Positions 58,540 through 64,000 of a stretch of DNA of 64,000 nt are shown piece by piece (positions within the stretch are counted from its first letter, which is position 1; each line of letters opens with the position of its first letter). Origin of the DNA: Anaerohalosphaeraceae bacterium. Its GTDB lineage: Bacteria > Planctomycetota > Phycisphaerae > Sedimentisphaerales > Anaerohalosphaeraceae. The notes beneath the pieces were generated by a model. The model was given only the letters and a program-made list of their open reading frames with translations, made no database searches and was not told where the DNA came from. Both the position numbers and the translations under genes were made by a program. Location: the NCBI GenBank assembly GCA_963675525.2, contig CAXXSL010000013.1, positions 352,001 through 416,000 on the forward strand, in the 5' to 3' direction.

Positions 58540-59895
58540 TTATAGCTGATTGACCTGTAAACTTTCAACTGGTTTTTTTCGGGCGGCCTGCAGACTGGGA
58601 ACCAAGCCTCCAATGATACAGGCGGCCAATGCCGACACAAAGATAGCCGCAATCACCGGGAGTTCAATTGTATTGGGAATATCTCCAATTGCATACATCG
58701 TTCGATCCCACAGTTGCCACTGATATTTTGCGTGCAGCCAACCTTCCAAATCATTGACTTTCACCAAAAACGCATAACCGGCAATACTGCCAAGGGAAGC
58801 GCCGATCAGGCCCACAAAAACTGAAAAAAGCAAAAAAACCGTCAGGATTCCCCTGACAGGAACCCCCACGCTTTTCAGGATACCGATATCTTTGCTTTTA
58901 TGGCTGATAATCATATACAAAACAACAAAAATAATAAAAACCGTAATCACACCCAGCATCATAAAGGCCACCATCATCATAACCTGCTCGGTTTCCATCG
59001 GCGCGATGATGCTTCGTCGGTTGACCTGCCAGCTTTGCACCCTTACGTTGTCAAACAGGTCGGCGCCCGGCTTGTTTTTGTATTGCTCGCAGAAATCATT
59101 CCAGAGAGATTGAATTTTTTCAACACCATCCGGAACAGAAATGTCTTCTTTAAATTTAATATGGATCGAGCTGATTCGTTTGAACGGCGTATCCATACCG
59201 CACAGAATCTGCGCCTGCTGTAAGGGAAGATAGATCACACTTCCGTCGGCCCTGGCTAAACCGCTGTGGCTGTCATCGCTGTAATAAAAAGACTTCGTGC
59301 TGACCAGGTCGGTTCCCGCGCGAGCCAGAGCCCCTTTGGAATTCAGCGGAAAAGCACTGATGATAAATTCCAATCCGACTGGGCTGTCCCAGTGATAGTA
59401 TCCTCCATCTGATTGACGGCGTCCCGGAATGACATCCACACCCGGAACACAGCCGGGCCGTTGAGGATCATACTCCGGTTCAAACGTCTTTAGGGTGTCT
59501 TTGGTATAATACAGTGTCTGTGAAAAGGTTGTTGTCCGACTATGGAGAACCGGGTCAATACCGTAAATTTCGACTCCAAAATTATTGTTTTTATCGATTC
59601 GGGGCATCACGGCCATCGCGACCCCTTTGGAGACCGGCGAAGCAGCCAAAACGGAAGATTCGTTTTTCAGGCGTTCCAAAAATTCTTCATAATAGCCAAA
59701 ACCAACAAGCGAATCGGACTCGACGACACAGTCACCGACGAAATTGTGGTTCTTTTCCTTGAAATCGATCACCAAACCGTTCATGACGGTCATGACCACA
59801 ATGACAATGAACACGCACAGCGATACCGCCGAAACCGCCAGAATCGTGATCGGCCTCTTCAGAAAATATCGTGATGCCAGAATCCATTTGTACAT
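58540..59895 (-). CDS. LolC/E-family ABC permease
   Basis: N-terminal TM, periplasmic domain, KSKDIGILKSVG, AARKKPVESL. Confidence 0.88.
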   Translation of the reverse strand: MYKWILASRYFLKRPITILAVSAVSLCVFIVIVVMTVMNGLVIDFKEKNHNFVGDCVVESDSLVGFGYYEEFLERLKNESSVLAASPVSKGVAMAVMPRIDKNNNFGVEIYGIDPVLHSRTTTFSQTLYYTKDTLKTFEPEYDPQRPGCVPGVDVIPGRRQSDGGYYHWDSPVGLEFIISAFPLNSKGALARAGTDLVSTKSFYYSDDSHSGLARADGSVIYLPLQQAQILCGMDTPFKRISSIHIKFKEDISVPDGVEKIQSLWNDFCEQYKNKPGADLFDNVRVQSWQVNRRSIIAPMETEQVMMMVAFMMLGVITVFIIFVVLYMIISHKSKDIGILKSVGVPVRGILTVFLLFSVFVGLIGASLGSIAGYAFLVKVNDLEGWLHAKYQWQLWDRTMYAIGDIPNTIELPVIAAIFVSALAACIIGGLVPSLQAARKKPVESLQVNQL

Positions 59896-59898
59896 TTT

Positions 59899-61236
59899 TT
59901 ACTCGTATTGCAAGGTTTCCACCGGACGGATTCGCGCTGCGGCAATCGCCGGCAGTAAGGATCCGACCGCCGCGGCTGTCACTCCAGCGACCGTGACCCA
60001 TAATACAGAACCCCAGTGCATTGTGTTCGGTATCTGCGTAAACATATAGGTACTGGCCCGCCAGAGATTGATGCCCATCGTCATGCCGATAAACCGCTCG
60101 ATGGGGTTGATATTGACAATAATCACATACCCCAAGCCAATTCCCAACCCGGCGCCTAATATTCCGACAATTAAACCAAACAGGATAAAGATAAAAGCCG
60201 TTGAAACGGCGGACAGACCACAGCTTTTCAGAATTCCGATATCCTTTCGCCGGGTCATAACAATCAAATAAAAGATACAGAAAACCAGGATAATGATACC
60301 CGTACTGATAAATCCGAAGATGAACAGCAGCACATCCATTTGTTTGCGGTATTCGACGATCTGCGCCTGCTGTCTTTGGTTGGCGGATTCGATCGAGACA
60401 AACGGATACCATTTGAAACGGTCTTGTGCAAAATTTCGCCACATGCCGTTTACAATCGCAATTGCCTTGGCTTCGTCGGTGCCGGGGGCCAGACGAATAT
60501 GGACGGCACTGGCCGCGTTGGGATGATCCGGATACAATTGTTTTGAAAGTTCCTCGATCGGCAGCAGGACGAACGATTCATCGAACTGATAGATCCCGGC
60601 CATAACGACGTCGGCCAGTTGAAATTTGATCACTTTACGTGAAAAACGGTCAGCTTGTTCATCGCTCTGAGTCACAGAACCGGTCGACAACGCCATGGTC
60701 CGGCCGACCATCCCTTTAACCGCATCCATGTCATACAAGTCGGTCTTTTCGTCGGGGCGACTTAAGACGCCGATTCCGACGATCCCTCCAATCGCATCAG
60801 GAATGCCCGGAACATCAAAACCAACCTGATCGGCAGGCTTTTGCTTTTGAAGCAGCAACGCATCCTGCAGGGGCGTTACGCTGAGTCTGCCGGGCAGTTC
60901 AATCCCCCAGGCGATGACGGGGCGGACTTTTCCAGAACCGGCCAGCAGCAAACCATGGCTTTGAAGAACCGGTGTGGCGGACTGGATGGACTCGGCGGAC
61001 CGCAACGAATCGATCAGTTCGTGATAGTCAGTGATAACGGCGCCGGATGGCGCTTCGACAATAATGTCCCCCATCAACCGGCCGGCACTTGTTTCGATCG
61101 TCTCGATAAACCCGGTAAACAAGCTGTCGGTCGCGATCAACATCGCACAACTGAGCGCAACAGCAACAATGCTCAACAGCACAACCTTGCGATGTTGCAA
61201 ATAGCGAAGACACAATAATAGACTGATTTGCTTCAA
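59899..61236 (-). CDS. LolC/E-family ABC permease
   Basis: RYL..RK, RRKDIGILKSCG, PAIAAARIRPVETLQYE. Confidence 0.88.
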   Translation of the reverse strand: MKQISLLLCLRYLQHRKVVLLSIVAVALSCAMLIATDSLFTGFIETIETSAGRLMGDIIVEAPSGAVITDYHELIDSLRSAESIQSATPVLQSHGLLLAGSGKVRPVIAWGIELPGRLSVTPLQDALLLQKQKPADQVGFDVPGIPDAIGGIVGIGVLSRPDEKTDLYDMDAVKGMVGRTMALSTGSVTQSDEQADRFSRKVIKFQLADVVMAGIYQFDESFVLLPIEELSKQLYPDHPNAASAVHIRLAPGTDEAKAIAIVNGMWRNFAQDRFKWYPFVSIESANQRQQAQIVEYRKQMDVLLFIFGFISTGIIILVFCIFYLIVMTRRKDIGILKSCGLSAVSTAFIFILFGLIVGILGAGLGIGLGYVIIVNINPIERFIGMTMGINLWRASTYMFTQIPNTMHWGSVLWVTVAGVTAAAVGSLLPAIAAARIRPVETLQYE

Positions 61237-61291
61237 TGTCCGAGCACCTTCATCCTGAAGTTTATATCACCTGCAGATGTCTCGATGGCAC

Positions 61292-62773
61292 TTACTGTCC
61301 TTCTTCTCCGTTTTCGAGCTCAACGGCAACTTTACCTGGCGACAGCGGCTTTAGCAACGGGAACAGGATCACATCCCGAATACTGGTCGCATTGGTCAAG
61401 AGCATCACCAAACGATCGATCCCAACGCCCAATCCTCCGGCCGGGGGCATTCCATATTTTAAAGCGTTTACGAAATCATCATCCATCTTGGACATCGACT
61501 CCTCTTCGGACAGTCCGCGAAGCTGATGACGGAAATTGGCTTCCTGGACATCAGGGTCATTCAGTTCCGTATAGGCATTGGCCAGTTCCATCCTGCCGAT
61601 AAAGAGTTCAAATCGTTCGGCATAACGGGGATCGGCCTTGCTTTGCTTGGTCAGCGGACAAATGGCCGCGGGATAATCTATCACAAAAGTGGGGTTTACC
61701 AGGTGCTGCTCAACCGTCGCCTCAAAGACTTCGTTGACCACCACTGCATCATCCATGCCCGCTTCATTAATTTCAAGCTGACGTGCTTTCTGACGAACGG
61801 TTGGCATCTCGTCGATGTCGCATCCGGCGTGTTCCTTGAGCAGGTCGGCATATTTGGCCCGCCGCCAGGGGCGGGTATAATCAATCTCCATTTCCCCGAA
61901 TGGCAGTTTTGTTCCATCACAATGTTTCTCGATCAGAGAGCACACCACTGTTTCGGTCAGGTCCATCATCACATTATAATCAGCATAGGCCTGGTACAAT
62001 TCCATCATTGTAAACTCGGGATTGTGGCGGGTACTGAGGCCTTCATTGCGGAAATTTCGATTGATCTCAAAGACCTTTTCCATGCCGCCGACCAGCAGCC
62101 GTTTTAAAAACAATTCCGGAGCAATCCGCATGTACAGGTCCAGGTCCAGAGTGTTATGATGCGTCATGAACGGCCGGGCCGCGGCACCCCCGGCAAGGGT
62201 CTGCATCATCGGGGTTTCAACCTCCAGAAAACCCTGTGAGGTCAGATGCTGACGAATTGAAGCGATCATCGCGCTGCGTTTGCTGAACCGCTCCATTACC
62301 TCCGGATTGGCCCACAAATCCACATAACGCATCCTGTACCGCATATCGACGTCAGCTAAGCCGTGAAATTTTTCCGGCGGCTGTACCAGCGCCTTGCTTA
62401 ACAATGTCACCTGGTCGGCCCAAATGGTGATTTCGCCGGTTCTGGTCTTGCCAAGCTGGCCTTCGGCTCCGATAATATCGCCGAGGTCCAGCAATTTCAT
62501 AAACGACCACTGCTCATCCAAAAGTTTTTTACTGAGCCCCAGCTGAATGGTACCACTGGAATCACGAAGAGTGATAAAGATCAGTTTTCCGATATCACGC
62601 AGCAAAACAATACGGCCGGCACAGCGGGCTCGCTGATCTTCTTTGTCGTCAACATAGGTAGCTTTAACCGTTTCGGCTGCCGTTACATTTTCAAAGCGAC
62701 CGCCATAAGGATCGACTTCATATTCACGAATTTTTTGCAGTGTTTGGCGTCTTTGCTGTTCAAACTTACTCAT
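61292..62773 (-). CDS. lysS: Lysine-tRNA ligase (class II)
   Basis: PEKFHGL, RYRMRYVDL, FRNEG, HNPEFT, YGMPPAGGLGVGIDRL. Confidence 0.97.
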   Translation of the reverse strand: MSKFEQQRRQTLQKIREYEVDPYGGRFENVTAAETVKATYVDDKEDQRARCAGRIVLLRDIGKLIFITLRDSSGTIQLGLSKKLLDEQWSFMKLLDLGDIIGAEGQLGKTRTGEITIWADQVTLLSKALVQPPEKFHGLADVDMRYRMRYVDLWANPEVMERFSKRSAMIASIRQHLTSQGFLEVETPMMQTLAGGAAARPFMTHHNTLDLDLYMRIAPELFLKRLLVGGMEKVFEINRNFRNEGLSTRHNPEFTMMELYQAYADYNVMMDLTETVVCSLIEKHCDGTKLPFGEMEIDYTRPWRRAKYADLLKEHAGCDIDEMPTVRQKARQLEINEAGMDDAVVVNEVFEATVEQHLVNPTFVIDYPAAICPLTKQSKADPRYAERFELFIGRMELANAYTELNDPDVQEANFRHQLRGLSEEESMSKMDDDFVNALKYGMPPAGGLGVGIDRLVMLLTNATSIRDVILFPLLKPLSPGKVAVELENGEEGQ

Positions 62774-62813
62774 CTCAATCGAGCCTTCTATTCTTTTGGT
62801 TGCGTTTCCCTCG

Positions 62814-64000
62814 TTACTGACTTTCGACTTCGTCTTGGGAGCTTTCTTTTAATATCAGGGTATTGCCTGCAGCGGCCAGCTGACTGCGGATCACCATAAT
62901 CGCCGCCGCTAACTGCGGATCGACCTGAATGGTCTCTTCCAGAGAATGACGATTAGCCTGTCCGTCGGCTTGCTCATGTCCGTTTTGGAACAGAACATCA
63001 TTGTCCCGCTGGATATCCAGCATTTTTTTCAGTTCATGAGTATGCATTTCGACCTCGAAATCAGGCGCGATACCCCAATCCTTGCGTCCCTGTTTTTCGA
63101 CCTGGTAGCGGTTTTTAACGCGCTGGTCGCTGGGCAGATGGTAATAGGCCATGGTGTATTTCATCAGTGAGCCGTCACCGGTATAAGTTGTCTGATTCTG
63201 CACACTACCCTTTCCATAACTGCGTTCTCCCACCAGCGTAGCACGCTGATGCTTGGGATCCTGAAGGGCCCCGGCAACAATTTCCGAAGCACTGGCGCTG
63301 GAGCCGTTGATCAGGATCACAAGAGGATAATCAGGATGTGTTCCGCTGCGATGGGCAATCTCATAGGTTGCGAAGCCATAGCGAGGATTACTTTTAACGA
63401 TCACCCCTTCTTTAACGAACAGGTCAACAACATCAGCTGCCACCTGAAGATAGCCACCGGTATTAAAACGCAGGTCCAGAATTAATCCGACCATGCCTTT
63501 CTTTTCGATTTTTTTCAGTACTTCATCGAGATCCGAGCCGGAATTTTCAGTAAACTGCATCAGGCGAACATACCCAATACCGTTGTCCGGGTCGATCATA
63601 TAATCCCACCGGCCTTCGGCGTCCCGTGTCCATCCACGCAAGGGATCAACCACAATTTTATCACGGGTAATCGTATAATCCTTGGTTTCGTCTGTCGATG
63701 GGCGGAGAATCGTCAGTGTTACCTTGGTGCCCTTGGGGCCGGTAATCTTGCTGACCGCACAGAAAATCGTCATTTTCTCCGTCGACTCCCCATTGACCGC
63801 GACGATCTCATCGTCCGCATCCAGACCCGATCGATAAGCCGGCGTATCCGGCAACAGACTTGATATCTTTAAAACACCCGTCGCCTTGGATATTTCCACA
63901 CCGATACCGGTAAACTGCTGCGTCATGCTCTTTTCATAATCTTTCACATTCCAGGGCCAGACAATTATCGTATAGGGGTCCAAAGACGCCAATGACGCTT
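62814..64000 (-). CDS. S41A C-terminal processing peptidase (5' end outside window)
   Basis: LDPY, PDZ domain (FTGIG), LDLRFNTGG, SASASEIVAGALQD, GKGSVQ. Confidence 0.93.
   Translation of the reverse strand, partial: ASLASLDPYTIIVWPWNVKDYEKSMTQQFTGIGVEISKATGVLKISSLLPDTPAYRSGLDADDEIVAVNGESTEKMTIFCAVSKITGPKGTKVTLTILRPSTDETKDYTITRDKIVVDPLRGWTRDAEGRWDYMIDPDNGIGYVRLMQFTENSGSDLDEVLKKIEKKGMVGLILDLRFNTGGYLQVAADVVDLFVKEGVIVKSNPRYGFATYEIAHRSGTHPDYPLVILINGSSASASEIVAGALQDPKHQRATLVGERSYGKGSVQNQTTYTGDGSLMKYTMAYYHLPSDQRVKNRYQVEKQGRKDWGIAPDFEVEMHTHELKKMLDIQRDNDVLFQNGHEQADGQANRHSLEETIQVDPQLAAAIMVIRSQLAAAGNTLILKESSQDEVESQ

Overview
Bacterial chromosomal window, most likely a Planctomycetota/Phycisphaerae-type organism (inference from the giant BlaR1/M56 sensor, a dockerin-like 'ACPGADLSGDCKVNLDDF' module and the lysS-lolCE-lolD-ilvE order). 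From left to right: blaI/blaR1-like pair (the blaR1 gene runs off the left edge and is missing from the ORF track); PAPS synthesis genes (cysC, cysD, cysNC, cysQ) next to an AT-richer Wzm/Wzt glycan cluster with three sulfotransferase-domain and two methyltransferase-domain proteins; a 7-repeat FG-GAP protein; an Rrf2-cupin-hcp run that contains a tightly coupled MMPL / methyltransferase / isoprenoid-synthase-like / lipoprotein / 4Fe-4S cassette; a BspA (DUF285) protein; arsC, a sialate O-acetylesterase, NUDIX and msrB; two HUH tyrosine transposases, each flanked by its own palindromic repeats; then housekeeping genes (mfd, pfkA, tkt, folC, porin-like, polyprenyl synthase, ilvE, lolDCE, lysS, S41 peptidase). 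The most striking observations are: (1) several unrelated palindromic repeats sit in frame inside proteins (four in the BlaR1-like gene, one in Mfd), and one is 28/29 identical to a REP beside a transposase 42 kb away; (2) a putative terpenoid cassette lies inside an hcp gene run; (3) a sulfotransferase carries an 84-bp tandem-repeat coiled coil resembling a glycan chain-length ruler; (4) an orphan promoter precedes a gene-less repeat mosaic with a motif phased at exactly 10.5 bp. Four or five single-base frameshifts cluster at 29-38.5 kb and may be sequencing errors. No rRNA, tRNA or CRISPR array was seen.
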